Source: Octopus sinensis
Lineage: Eukaryota
Direction: 5' to 3'
NCBI RefSeq assembly: GCF_006345805.1
Contig: NC_043013.1
Span: 56,172,001 to 56,236,000 of the forward strand
DNA: 64,000 bases
Part shown: piece after piece, positions 11,945 to 25,199 of the stretch
How the letters are laid out: the number at the start of each line of letters is the position of its first letter
Numbering within the stretch: position 1 is the first letter of the stretch
Notes under the pieces: generated by a model
What the model was told of the DNA's origin: nothing
What the model saw: the letters and a program-made list of their open reading frames with translations, nothing else
The model's database searches: none
Translations under genes and position numbers: made by a program

Positions 11945-13091
11945 TATCTTTTATCTTTTACTTCTTTCCGTCATTAGACTGTGGCCAAACTGGGGCAGCA
12001 CTGCATCAAAGAATTATTTTAGTGGAACGAATTGACCCCAGTACTTATCTTTTATAAGCCTGACTCTTAATCTATCAGCCTCTTTTGCCAGACCGTTAAC
12101 TACAAGGGACGTAAGCACACCAACACCGGTTGTCAAGCAATGGTGGGAGACAAACATAGACACAAAGACATACACACACTCACACATACATATATTGTTG
12201 GGCATAAGAATCATCGGATGCAGTGTGCAGGAGTGACGTTTGCATTGGTATGGTCATGTAGTATGGATGGATGAGGAGAGAGGTGTGAAGAAGTGACACT
12301 CCCAAACAGTTGAAGGAATCCGGGGTAGAGGTAGACCCAGGAAGACATGGGACGAGGTGGTCAAGCTTGACCTTCGTACGTTGAACCTCATAGAAGCTAT
12401 GACAAAAGACTGAGACTTCTGGAGATATGCTGTGACTTTGAAGACCCAACAAATGAAGTGAGTTCATGGCTTGCAGGACAACCTGCTGTGCTAACCTTGG
12501 ATCGTAGAGTGACCCGCTGTTCTTGAGGAGACCTATTGAGTCAAGTACGTTAACACCAACATGAAAATTAAAATCAAATGGAAATTGTAGTTAAGATACC
12601 CGTGCCGGTGACACGTAAGAAGTACCATCCGAACGTGGCAGATGCCCGTGCCACCTGACTGGTGTTTGTGTTGGTGACATGTAAAAGCACCAACCGATTG
12701 TGGCTATTTGCCAGCCTCATCTGGCCCCTGTGCTGCTAGCATGTAAAAAGCACCCACTACACTCATGGAGTGGTTGGCGTTAGGAAGGTTATCCAGCTGT
12801 AGAAACACTGCCAAATCAGACTGGAGCCTGGTGCAGCCTCCTGGCTTCGCAGACCCCGGTCGAACCATCCAACCCATGCTAGCATGGAAAACGGATGTTA
12901 AAAGATGATGATGATGATGATGATATATATGCAACAGGCTTCTTTTGCTCTCCATTAACCAAATCTGTGCACAAAACTTTGGTTGACCTGAGGCTACAGT
13001 AGAAGCTACTTGCCTAAGGTGCCACACAGTGGGACTGAACCCAGAACCATGTGGTTGGGAAGCAACCTTTTTGCCTCACAGCCATACCTGC
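11945..13091 (-). mobile_element. SINE family B split by an RTE insertion
   Basis: 3' half at 11945-12195 and 5' half at 12924-13091 flank the LINE fragment. Confidence 0.8.
12198..12923 (+). mobile_element. 5'-truncated RTE-type LINE (ORF end + 3'UTR + (TGA)n tail)
   Basis: Colinear with 60657-61460; degenerate LHWYGHV / GRGRPRKTWDEVV-type C-terminus; ends gatgatgatgatgat. Confidence 0.85.
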
Positions 13092-13242
13092 TGAAAATGT
13101 TTGTTAATTTCTTTTTATATTTATAAAGTGGGTTGTTTCTAGAATTGCAGAGACTCATTGAGCACCTTTTGGCTTTACTGAAGGGAAGCCCGTGTTTGTT
13201 GCTGGTGTTAATGTAATGGATGGTGCAGTAGGTTTTGTTATT

Positions 13243-13453
13243 GCAGGCGGCGAGCTGGCAGAAACGTTAACATGCCGGGCACAACTGTGTAGCTGTATTT
13301 TGTCTGCCGCTGAGGTTGACTTTGCCTTTTATCCTTTCGGGGGTCGATAAATTAAGTACCAGTTATGCACTGGGGTCGTTGTAATCGACTTAATCCGTTT
13401 GTCTGTCCTTGTTTGTCCCCTCTGTGTTTGGCCCCTTGTGGGTAGTAAAGAAA
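13243..13453 (+). mobile_element. SINE family A (tail variant 2) with 14-bp TSD
   Basis: ggcggcgagctggcagaaacgttaac head. TSD taggttttgttatt at 13229-13242 and 13454-13467. Confidence 0.9.
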
Positions 13454-14394
13454 TAGGTTTTGTTATTTCAAGTCAGAATTATTAAACCAACAAACTAAAT
13501 AGTTTGGTACAAAAAAACAGTAGCTTGGTGAGACAAAATGATGGTAGGATGACCAAAGAAGTAGTGTTTATACAAAATATCTTATTATGTTTAGTTCTAC
13601 TCTGTGCGTCCTGATTTCAAATCCTACCACAATCAACTTCATCTTTTATTTTTCCAGTGCCGATAAAATAAAGTACCTGTAAAATACTGAGGTTGATATA
13701 ATCAACTGTTCCTATCTATGAAGTTTTGTTAGAAAATAAAATATATTTCTCAATGGAACTGAATGGTTCAGGAGCACACCAAAGCATGCTAAATTCTTGG
13801 GTTTTACATTATTTAGGTGGAGGACTTTGAAGCCCAGCATCCATCACCTTTGTGGGTCACCCCTGTCAGGTGAAACTGATGTGGTTAATGGTCAGCTGTA
13901 GGACAAACTTAAATAGGGTAAGCCAGAATAGAAGCCACTATGTGGTCTCTTGCTTTACTAGATATAGCTATGAGATATTTTTCAAATCGCAACTTACCCA
14001 GATACTGTAGTCTTAAATACACTATGTTTGAATAAATGATGCAATAGTCTTTGCTGGAATGGATTTTATGAAAAAGTTTCCTCAATCAGGGCTGACCCAC
14101 AACAACAATTTGAATGAAGAGGAAATTCCAGTCAGAGAGTTTAACATTTTAAATCCTTGAGTTCAAATGTTTTGCCGGCTGATTTGTCTCCAATATCAAT
14201 GAAACCCCTCCCTTACACCTTCTCTCTCTCACCTCTCTCTTTCTCACATGCCCTCAGTCTCTCTCTCTCTCTCTCTCTCTCTCTTTATGCAATTACTGTA
14301 CTTAATTGAATAGGCAAATCTCCTTCAAGTTTTCATTGAACTGTCTTTAAAAAGGGGATACATTGAATAGTGTATTCTTGCATGTATTTATATC

Positions 14395-14860
14395 TTTATT
14401 GCCCACAAGGGGTCAAACACAGAAGGGACAAACAAGGACAGACAAAGGGATTAATTCGAATACATCAACCACAGTGTGTAACTGGTACTTATTTAATCGA
14501 CCCTGAAAGGATGAAAGGCAAAGTCGACCTTGGCAGAATTTGAACTCAGCTGGAAAAGGCGGCGAGCTGGCAGAATCGTTAGCATGCAAGGTGAAGTGCT
14601 TTGCGGTATTTCGTTTGCTGTTACATTCTGAATTCAAATTCTGCTGAGGTCGACTTTGCCTTTCATCCTTTCGGGGGTCGATAAATTAAGTACCAGTTAT
14701 GCACTGGGGTCGATGTAATTGACTTAATCCCTTTGTCTTTCCTTGTTTGTCCCCTCTATGTTTAGCCCCTTGTGAGCAATAAGGAAATAAGAATTTGAAC
14801 TCAGAACGTAATGGCAAACGAAATACCGCTAAGCCCACTGTGCTAACAATTCTGCCGGCT
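14395..14860 (-). mobile_element. SINE family A interrupted by a same-family SINE
   Basis: 14395-14549 and 14805-14860 join into one minus-strand copy. Confidence 0.85.
14550..14789 (+). mobile_element. SINE family A nested in the opposite orientation, 15-bp TSD
   Basis: TSD agaatttgaactcag at 14535-14549 and 14790-14804. Confidence 0.9.
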
Positions 14861-15764
14861 TGCTACCTTGATCTCTTGTGTTTAAAATTAATACCAGTGG
14901 CTGTGGTTGGAATACCAGGTCTGACCAAGGTTAATCAAAAACAGCAACAACAACCACAACAACTGATACCAGTAATATATGAGTATCAACTGCGTTTGCA
15001 AACAGTACCAAGACCCAAAAGAATGTTACTTTTGCTATAGAAATGATTTGAATAATTCTACAATTAATTTTTGTTGTTTTCTTATTAAATTTTATTTTTG
15101 TAACTTTCACATATCAAATTTTTTTTTTCTTTCTACAAAAAATAAAGAAACAAAACAAACCAAATTTGGTAAATTTCATCTCGAAGTAGTTTGCCGCTAA
15201 ATCTTTACAAATTAGGAATGGTAAATGTAATGATTAAGTAGCAGCCTATAATATCTGTGAATATAATCTCAAAACTTTAGACACCAATTACTTTCAGAGT
15301 GTTAACAATATATTCCTTGTTTCTTTTTGTCATTTTCATTAGTGAAAAAAGAAAGAAAATAACAAGAAATATGAGATACCACTTTTACACAGACCATTCC
15401 TCTTTGTAATTCACTACACATTACCATTTTCATTTATTTATTTCTTATTTTTATGTTGTTTTTGCATTTTCTACATTACAACAATAGCAGAATGATAAAA
15501 ACAAAACACCCACACCAAAAAAGAAAAGGAAAAATTACTTGTTATATGTTTAAAATATCTGAAATTATGTACTGTAAAATTATATAAAAAAATATTAAAA
15601 AATGAAAAATATATTATTGTAATATTCCAGACTTGTAATGCATATGTGAAATATAGGGAAGATATAAAAATGAATTTTCTACATATAAAATTTCTGAAGG
15701 CCTTCTTTTCTGTTTATTTATTAATTTGTTTTACTTATTCATATATCATCATCATCAGTTGCAC

Positions 15765-15813
15765 CACCACACCGTCATCATCATCATCATTGTTGTCGTC
15801 GTCATCATCAGTA

Positions 15814-15868
<55 letters not shown>

Positions 15869-15884
15869 CATTATTATTATTATT
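15765..15884. repeat. (CAT)n/(ATT)n compound microsatellite
   Basis: Direct reading. Confidence 0.95.
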
Positions 15885-17450
15885 GCAGCATTTAAGATAT
15901 CAATGTCTTTTAGTTGTGGTTTGACATTTCAATTGGAAACTATCCATTACTGGAAATAGTCTAGCTGGGTTTTTAATATCATCTAAGAAAAAAAAAATTA
16001 TTGTTGTTGATATATATATATATATATATTACTAAGAAGGAGCATGTTTCTATCTCCATATCTCCAAATATATATATATATATATATATACATACATATA
16101 TATACATATATATATATATGTATATAAGTGGTACAACAATAGACCAATATTTATATATATGTGAGTGTGACTGTGTGCATGTATGCTGCATGTATTAGAT
16201 TGTCTTATATACATGGTAATTTTTTTGCTTCAAAATATACCAAATAAAACCTTATCTCTTATTATATTACAAGCAAATATATTCGTGAAACTGGAGAATG
16301 TTATTAATGATACATATAAGTAATACCTATCAATACATAATACATATATAGACATGAAGTAGATATGGACATGAATGCCTCTAAATGCTTTACAAAAATA
16401 TGACAGATGCAACCGTTCATTGCAATCTCGGTTTCACTCTTTTTATCTTCTTCCTCTTTGTTGCAAACAAATGCAAAGATTCCTTATCTTGTGTTTATTA
16501 TTTGCTTCAAATCTTGGTCCGTCTCTTTCTCTCTCTCATTGTCATATATACATATATATGGTGGGGGGAGAGACAGAGATACATACACACACACACATAT
16601 ATATATAACAATATAATACATAAATATATAGACACTCATATATCACCTTCTCTGCCCTTACCCACCCCTCTTGTATTTGCATTCCTCATTGTCAATGCCT
16701 TCATTCAGGTTCACTATTCATTGCATTTACTTATATCCTTATCCCCAGCATCTGTCTGTCTCTCTCTCTGCTTTTACACTCTTGTGAACCTACCTTCCTA
16801 CCTACCTTCCTAACGAGCAATCCTTGATTCTCTGTCACATTTCACTCTCTAGCCACCTACTTCTACCTTGAGGGTACACCCTGATATTTCATTTCCACTG
16901 TTCTTTCTCCCTATTATCCTGGGGTAACCAGCCATCTCTTCTACAGCAAGACATCTATTTCTGACCCTTCTCTCATATTTAGCATCTCAACATATGATAT
17001 AATGTCACCTCTCTCAATTGTGCATCCCAACTTTATCAAGGGATCTTGTTTTGCAAGTTAAATGGTGACTTCACTAGTGTTGGTGCCACAAAAATGCATG
17101 CAGTACATTTTGTTAAACGGTTAGCAATAGGAGTGGCAGCAAGCTGTAGAAACCATGCCAAAGCTGACACTGGAGCCCAATGCAACTCTCTGCACAGAAA
17201 ACATATTAATTGATGAAGGTGATGCTGATAGTATATATATATTTATAATAAGTGTAGGTGGTATACGAATGGGTATATATTTATAAAAAAGAAGTTTGAA
17301 AACGCCACTAGAAATTTCATGTTTCAGTTCTTGATAAAACGAACCTTATCAAAAATATTTTTAAAAGTTAAGTGTAATAAAAAAGTTCATAATTGTTTCT
17401 TACTAGTCTCAACAATATTGTGGGCAATAAAGAAATGAATATATATATAT

Positions 17451-17670
17451 AAGGCAGTGAACTGGCAGAAACGTTAGCACGGCGGGTGAAATGCTTGGCG
17501 GCATTTCGTCTGTCTTTACGTTCTGAGTTGAAATTCTGCCATGGTCAACTTTGCCTTTCATCCTTTCAGGATCTATAAATTAAGTACCAGTTGCATACTG
17601 GGATCGATCTAATCGACTGCCCCCACTCCCCAAAAAGTTTCAGGTCTTGTGCCTAGAGAAGAAAAGAATA
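17451..17670 (+). mobile_element. SINE family A (tail variant 1), near full length
   Basis: tRNA-like head with A/B-box-like motifs (tggcagaaacgttagc; gagttgaaattc), core taagtaccagttg..ctggg..cgat, tail gtgcctagagaagaaaagaata. Confidence 0.85.
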
Positions 17671-17673
17671 TAT

Positions 17674-18079
17674 AGGCGCTGGAGTGGCTGTATGGTAAGT
17701 AGCTTGCTTACCAACCACATGCTTCTGGGTTCAGTCCTACTGGGTGGCATCTTGGGCAAGTGTCTTCTACTATAGCCTCAGGCTGACCAAAGCCTTGTGA
17801 GTGGATTTGGTAGACAGAAACTAAAAGAAGCCCGTCGTATATATGTATATGTATGTGTGTGTATGTTTGTGTGTCTGTGTTTGTCCCCATAGCATTGCTT
17901 GACAACCGATGCTGGTGTGTTTACATCGCCATCACTTAGCGGTTCGGCAAAAGAGACTGATAGAATAAGTACTGGGCTTACAAAAGAATAAGTCCCGGGG
18001 TCGAGTTGCTCGACTAAAGGTAGTGCTCCAGCAAGGCCGTGGTCAAATGACTGAAACAAGTAAAAGAGAGTAAAGAGAG
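17674..18079 (+). mobile_element. SINE family B, full length
   Basis: Head aggcgctggagtggctgtatggtaag; tail acaagtaaaagagagtaaagag. Confidence 0.9.
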
Positions 18080-18666
18080 TATATATATATATATATTTAC
18101 ATACTCACACATACATGCATACATACACAAACACACATACACTCACATATATATATATAGGGCGAGACAGAGGGGGAGAGAGAGGCAGAAAGATAGGATG
18201 CGAAAAAGTAGAAATGTATATGCCTGCTTGTGTGAGTGCATATGTCTGTGTGTCCGTGTCAGTGTATGCATGCATTCATGCATGTACTTGTGTCTGTGTA
18301 TATACACACATAAATGTGTGTATATAAATTTAATTGGCTGTCCTCCAGAGAATGTAGCGAAGGTTAATGCATGTAACACTGATCGGCATTCAATCACTAC
18401 ACGCTTCCCCCCCTAAAATAGGGATGTGTGTGTCTTTGTGTGTCTTTGTGTGTGTGTTTGTGTGTGCTTAACAACCTGCTCACCATTAAAAGACTCTCTC
18501 TCTCTCTCTCTCTCTCTCACTCCTTCTTTGTCTCTCTCCCATGCAGCTATCTGCACTCTTTCTTGTGCAGCTGCTGTTGCAGCAGACTTCTCTATCTGCA
18601 GCCTTGACCAATTGCTAACTGATTTCGTTGCAACCAGTTCAGAAGCATCAGCCTACGCATCTTTAC

Positions 18667-18723
18667 TTCCTGATTCATCACTTTTTTCCTCACTGTTAGA
18701 GCAACGACGACTGTTGCATACAG
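18667..18723 (-). other. Candidate minus-strand exon (57 nt)
   Basis: Long pyrimidine tract ending atcgcag|CTG...GGAA|gtaaag; phase-1 frame open (VCNSRRCSNSEEKSDESG). Confidence 0.2.
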
Positions 18724-18956
18724 CTGCGATAGGATACGGAAAGCAGAGAAGAAGGAAAACACACACACGTACATGCATATTGATATATGTGTATGTACAC
18801 TTGCACACACACTCACACATACATGTGTGTGTGTGTGTGTGTGTATGTATATATATATATATATATAGGTATAGGTACAGATGCTCACGTACCCACAAAC
18901 GTGTGCGTGTATGTTCACACACACTTTACATATATATGTGTGTGTGTGTGTGAGGG

Positions 18957-19004
<48 letters not shown>

Positions 19005-20884
19005 ACCCACATATAAATGATATAAATATATGTATACAAATACATGTACACACATTTACACAAACATATGTAAATCTTTCACCCCCACCTCTCTCTAATA
19101 TGTGTGTGTGTGTGCGTGCCTGTGTGTGTGTACGTGTCTGTGTGTGTGTTTGTGTGTATATATATGCATATGCATATACCCACATACACCAACACACACA
19201 CACACATACACATGTAAGAAACGAGATTTTAACATTGTAAACATAGCAGTCGTAATATCGCTCTTCCCAGGGAATTTCATTCTATTTCATTGTTTTTGTT
19301 GCTGTTGTTGTTGTAGTTTTCAAATTTAATACATTTATAATATTTCACTGACTTGCAGCACTGAGATTGGGTCACCACTGATACAGATCAATACACGCTA
19401 TCACAGAAATATGTATTCAATGAGAGAAATAACTGTCTTTTATTTATCATTTTGACTTAACATTTCCTTTTTGATTTGTACAACACTTATAACCACATTT
19501 ATTATTCTGTTTGGGTATGAAAGTACACTTCGTCGGTGGAGGGTGTAAGTCTACAGAATAAACCTGGAAGTCCTAAAGAAAAGTGGTCGGCTCTGTGCCA
19601 GGAAAAAGAAATTCCTTAGGTTTGGGGGTTGATTTGTTAAGAAAACTCATGCTATTAAGATCAACAGTTAGAATCTACCTACTGATCTGGCATCAGGGGT
19701 GTTTGTCTCCATTAGGAAGCATCAGTCCAAGGTTAGTAAATTTTAATATAATAAAAAAAACAGATATTCAAAGTTTACGGAAGCTGGAGGAGGTCTGCAT
19801 TGAGAAGGAATCTTGTATAAATTTAGCAGAAAAGAACCTTGATATTTCAAGCAAAGCCTTTTGAAGGAGAAAATTTGTTTAAATTTTGATCATGTCAGTG
19901 AATGTATGGGTTTGAAAAGTGTGGAAGATGAGAGATAAAGGAAAAGAGCTTAATGAGGGAGGTTAACAGGGAAGCAACCAAACAAGCAAAGTTCTGAGAG
20001 TATATCAGTAACCATAGTAACAGAGTGAATGATAGTGATGAATTAAATAGAGACTGAATCTCATAAATGGTACAGCAGGATGAGGCAAATGGTGTCCCTG
20101 AAGAGTTTCCTTGGAATTATTTCTTATAATATTTTAAGTATAAAGTGTGTGTTGCCATTGCATAAGGAATTCAGAAGTGAGCTGGAAGAATCATTAGAGT
20201 TGTGGGAAAATGCTGTGTGTTATTTGTTCTAGCTCTCTGAGATTTGAGTTCAAATCCTGCTCAAGTCAGCTATACCTTTCAACTCCTTGAGGTTAATAAA
20301 ATACAGAATCAGTCATATATTGGGGTCAATAGTATTGACTGATCCTTGTGCCAAAAACAAAAAAAAAACTATTGAATGGTGATAAGTTGGCACATTCTTC
20401 AGAGCATTCTGAGAAATGTTAATTGTCAGGCAGCAGTTGTTCCAGTTTTTTGCCAAATTCCAATCTTATCTTTAATCCCCACTGGGGGTTGATAAAATAA
20501 AGTACCTGTCAAGCATTCAGGATTAATGTAATCAATGCTCCCCCACCTCCAGAAAGCTGTTGTCCTTATGCTTAGATTGGAGACTGTTTAGAAGGAACCT
20601 GGCAATAAACATCAGATTCCTTTGATACATCATGTTGCCCCACATGGTTTCATATACAGAATGTTCCATCCCATGGCCTTCCAATCTATTTTTATTCTAT
20701 ATTATCATAACCAGTACCTGAATATTTCTTTCAAAGAACAAAAGGGAACAATTTGAGAGTGAGATTTGGTTTCTATTTCTAGCTAACCAAGAGTCTGCAA
20801 AGAAACTCCCACATTGACCCATAAACAAATGATACTCATCATTGTCGTTGACTATTTTGGAATTTCTGTGACAGATTCCACTAC

Positions 20885-22450
20885 ATACATTATAGTAGTT
20901 CCCATGGGCAGTCAGATTTTAAATTCTTCTGCTATGGCCTGGAGGACCATATCATGAACAGGAAGGAACTGAGAATCGAATCCTGGTGAATTCCTAGTTG
21001 TACACTAAATTCATCAGTGTACTCATGGCTTTCAGACAACATCCCTATAAATGGCTTGCATGACTCTAATAAGCCTTTCATCAACTCCCAGCTTCCTCAG
21101 AGATCACCAGAGAAAAGAGCAAGGAACTCTATCGAAGGCTTTCTCCAGGTCAATAAATGCCAAGTACAATGGTCTACTTTTAGCTAGATACTTTACCTGC
21201 TTCTGTCTCACTAGAAAAAGGACATCAAAGTTTTTCCTTCCCAGCACAAAATCACACTGCATCTTATCTCGTCTAATTCTGTTCCTAATCAATTGTCTTA
21301 TAGCTCTCTCTTTAATATTCAGGACCTGGTCCAGCAGTTTCATACCTCTGTAATTACTTCCCTCTCCAAGGCATCTCCTTTACCCTTATCACAGCTGACT
21401 ATTATACTACTACCCAATTACTGGTAAGATACCTTCCAATTCCACCTGGTTGACTATGGGAATTACCAAGCCATATTCAACTCTACCAGATATTCTAAAC
21501 ATTTCAGAGGGGATTCCTGATGGTCCAGGGGCTTTCCTTGTCTTCATGCCCTTAATTGCTCTACCAGTCAAGCTTCTGACAACTCAAATACCTAGTCCCT
21601 GAGTTAGATCCACACTAGAAAACCCTCCTTTTCCCATGCATAATCCACTTTCAGCAGTCTTTCATTATGGCACTTCTCCGTATCTTTCTTCACTGAATCA
21701 CTAAGTGCAAATCTACCATTATTCATTCACTCACATTTCTTGCCCATAAAATCTCTATTCTATCAATTCTACTCTATGGCTCAGAAACCTGGACATTATC
21801 AAAGAAGCTTGAGAGGCAGTTGGATGGAACTTACACCCGCCTCCTTATGTAAGCTCAAAATCTCTCATGGAAGCATCATCCAACCAAAGTACAAATATAT
21901 GGGAAACTACCACCTGTGTCATCTCTTGTGAAAGGTAGGAGAGTCCAGTTTGCTGGACATTGTTGTAGAGCTGAAAACGAGGTAATTTCTACTCTTCTCT
22001 TCTGGAAGCCATCTACTCGCGATACCAGAGGGCGCACACTCTCCTACCCTGATGTAATCTCCAGGGATACACGCATCCAGCAACAGGACCTCCATAATGC
22101 TATGATGGACCGTGAAGTCTGGCGTAACATAGTAAATTCCACTGTCTCGACCACGGTCGAACAATGATGATGATGATTCTATCAAATACATTGCTTTGCA
22201 ATCTGGAACACCTCACGCCTCTGATTCTCATACTGTAGGATATTGGCAAAGCTCCTGCTTTCTGCTTCTCCTTTCATTTGTCAACTAATGCTCTTCTGGT
22301 TACCTGATATAATTCTCTGCTACCATCATTTTCCCACTCTTTCCAGGCCTGTCTCTTTGCTTTCATAGCTCTATCTATCTCCTTGGTCCACCACTACATC
22401 ACCCTCAACCTGGCTAGGACTTTGTGCCAGCCACAGATTCGATCTGTAGC
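20885..22450 (-). mobile_element. Old RTE-type LINE reverse-transcriptase fragment, split by an insertion at 21767-22175
   Basis: RT motifs KYLAKSRPLYLAFIDLEKAFDRVP; degenerate VLQAI.EEF..PWELL at about 20890; upstream part EVFQIAKQC after 22186. Confidence 0.9.
21767..22175 (+). mobile_element. 3' end of a second LINE family (RTE-like), 10-bp TSD
   Basis: LLYGSETW...LDGTYTRLL...RRVQFAGHCCRAE...DREVWR; (TGA)n tail; TSD attctatcaa at 21757-21766 and 22176-22185. Confidence 0.9.
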
Positions 22451-23991
22451 CCTCAGTAGTTTTCCCTTGCAGCTGCTGGAACTTGCAGCTGCTGGAACTT
22501 GCAGATGTTTTCTACGCTATTTTTTTCCAGCTCCTCTTCATTCTCATCAGATAGTTCCATTGGAACATTTCTAAATTTCTGTTGTTTTGCTGGGTCTTTG
22601 AGCTTCCATAACCTCTTTTCCAGACATTTCCAGTACTAAATACTAAAACACCGAATATCGTTACTAACGATAGCTTTGTGACTTGTTTCATTTCCATAGA
22701 CTTACTTGTATTTTTGCCTTTCCAGTAAATGCTATCAACAGTATATGAAAATGATATAATTATCTGCATACATTTGTTACCTGAAACAAATTTATACATA
22801 CATACATATATATGTACACATATATGTGTGTGTATAAAGATTTATATATACACACACACACATATATATATATATGTATTCACACACACACTCACGCACT
22901 ACACAAATACGCACACACGTTTATATTTAACATTTACTATAAGCACCAGTTTTAGTATGCTTCCATTTGTCTGTACTCCACTATTCTACCTAGAGTACAG
23001 TGTTAAATAACGATGATGGTGATGATGATAACAACAACAACAATAATAATAGTAATAATAATATGCAACATTGTATAATAATATGGCTTCTTTAATCAAT
23101 ATATTGAAGTATTTATTAACTTGCTTTACTGATGTCACTTGGCAAGTTTTAAACATCAATAAAATTGTTAATTTTCTCTGCCTAATTTCCTCTAAAAAAT
23201 ATGATTGTTTGTGAATATGTTTGTCTTGTCTGTTACAAATATTACATTGTATTACTTTAACGTCAGAAATATATAAGTTGATTGGTAACCAACAACATTT
23301 AGTGATGGGAACTGCTAAATGTTGCAGCAGCATCAACTGAGATACTCTTCATTTGCTTTTTGCTTTTTTTTTTGTTTCTTTTACTAGTCTAACTTACTGA
23401 ATTGTGGCCTTTGTTTATCATATTCACCATATTTATTAGTGTATATAAATCCCTTTTCTATTTTTAAATGTATTTAAAAGTTACTCTGCATCTAATACAG
23501 TCATATTACATGTAGGAGTTCAAGTGCCATAGGCTAGAGAACCGGGTGAGCATTGTTCCCCAAGGTATGTACCCCAGTACTCAATTGGTACTGACTCCAT
23601 TGATCACGAAAGTCGACCAACCAAATTTGAATGAAGAACATAAAGGTAGACAAAAGGCCACTAAGAAGTTTGTCTGATGTGTTAAGGATTCTTTCAGCAG
23701 ATCCCTTTTATAATTATTACTAATTATAAGAAAGAGAAAACAAGCCATATTGTCACAGTCTGTTTGTATAAACCTCAACTTGTGTTCTTGAGCAAAACTC
23801 TTCATTTCATATTGCTCTGTGACCACTTTGGAACCTACCGCATGCTACACAGTGCATCTATTCAGACAATGTCAATTTCAAGGGGAGGGGGTGAGCTAAT
23901 GAGAATCGCAAACATTTGATCACTATAAACAAATCATTTGAATGCTTATATGTTGTCTTCAACAGGAGGGACCATCATATATATATATATC

Positions 23992-24023
<32 letters not shown>

Positions 24024-24508
24024 TGTTGTATATATGTATATATATGTGTGTGTGTCTGTATATATATATTGTTGTATTTCAGGATGGTCATTTTTATTTT
24101 CTTTGCCAAATAAACACACACACAACGAATATACAGTGCGTGTGTTTATTTAGCAAAAGAAAAAAAAACAACGACCACCCTGAAATACAATATCAGTTTC
24201 AACACATGGTTTCACATCAAGAATATTATATATATATATATTTAGAATAAGGTAGTTAGAATGTTGGATGATTACATATATTTTTTTATTTACATTTCTA
24301 GCCCTTTCTGCACGGTTTGTTGATCCCACAGCATATTAGAAAAATGCTTTCTAGCTTCACTTTGGATCGATCAAATCCTTATGAGTAAAATTTGACACAA
24401 AAACAAAGAGGAAGGCCTGTTGAAGGATCTGTGCTAGGGGTTAGTGTTTATCTGTTTGTTTGCTGGTTTAATAACAACACTGGGTTTTTGTGTACCTTTG
24501 GTGGGGTA

Positions 24509-24911
24509 CCCTGCTATTGCAAGCATTCAAGTCAGGTCACTATAAAGAGGGTAACTCCCTCCTTGATACCTTTCTGATACAGAGACCCTAAAAAGAGTCA
24601 TGGGCTTGGCCCTTTCTTCTCTGAATTTAATGAAATTAAAAAAAAATTCAAATAATGAAGGTCATTTAACCCAAAGCTCCACTAGCTACCAATTGATTGA
24701 TCCTTCATTCCCTGCTATTGCAAGCATTCAAGTCAGGTCACTATAAAGAGGGTAACTCCCTCCTTGATACCTTTCTGATACAGAGACCCTAAAAAGAGTC
24801 ATGGGCTTGGCCCTTTCTTCTCTGAATTTAATGAAATTAAAAAAAAATTCAAATACTGAAGGTCATTTAACCCAAAGCTCCACTAGCTACCAATTGATTG
24901 ATCCCTTCATT
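24509..24911 (+). repeat. Near-perfect tandem duplication, about 201-bp unit x2
   Basis: Copies start at 24509 and 24710; I see one substitution (aataatg/aatactg) and one 1-bp indel. Confidence 0.95.
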
Positions 24912-25199
24912 GCATAAATATTGATTTTTTAAAACACAGAATGTCACACATGTTGTAGGAAAGTAGGTGAAAAAAAATTCTCCCCCCGTAGGTGACTGGT
25001 ACTTATTTTGTCGATCTCAATGGCAACAACTAAAGTGAACCTTATCTGAGAAAATATAATTGCACAATTCATATTACAACGCATTTTGTCTGATGCTCTA
25101 CCGATTCTGTTCTTCATCCCTCTTTTATGATATATTTAACATCATACTGTTGGCTTGGAGAATAGGGATTCTTAGATAGGGACAATTTCTTTGATAGTT

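Noticed and set aside
17451-17540. tRNA-like A and B boxes in SINE heads
   Set aside because: No intact cloverleaf; these are retroposon heads, not tRNA genes.
18426-19329. Many overlapping ORFs of 75-175 aa
   Set aside because: Made of (CA)/(TA)/(GT) microsatellites.
24509-24710. Possible NUMT or rRNA origin of the duplicated unit
   Set aside because: No recognisable mitochondrial protein or rRNA motif on either strand.
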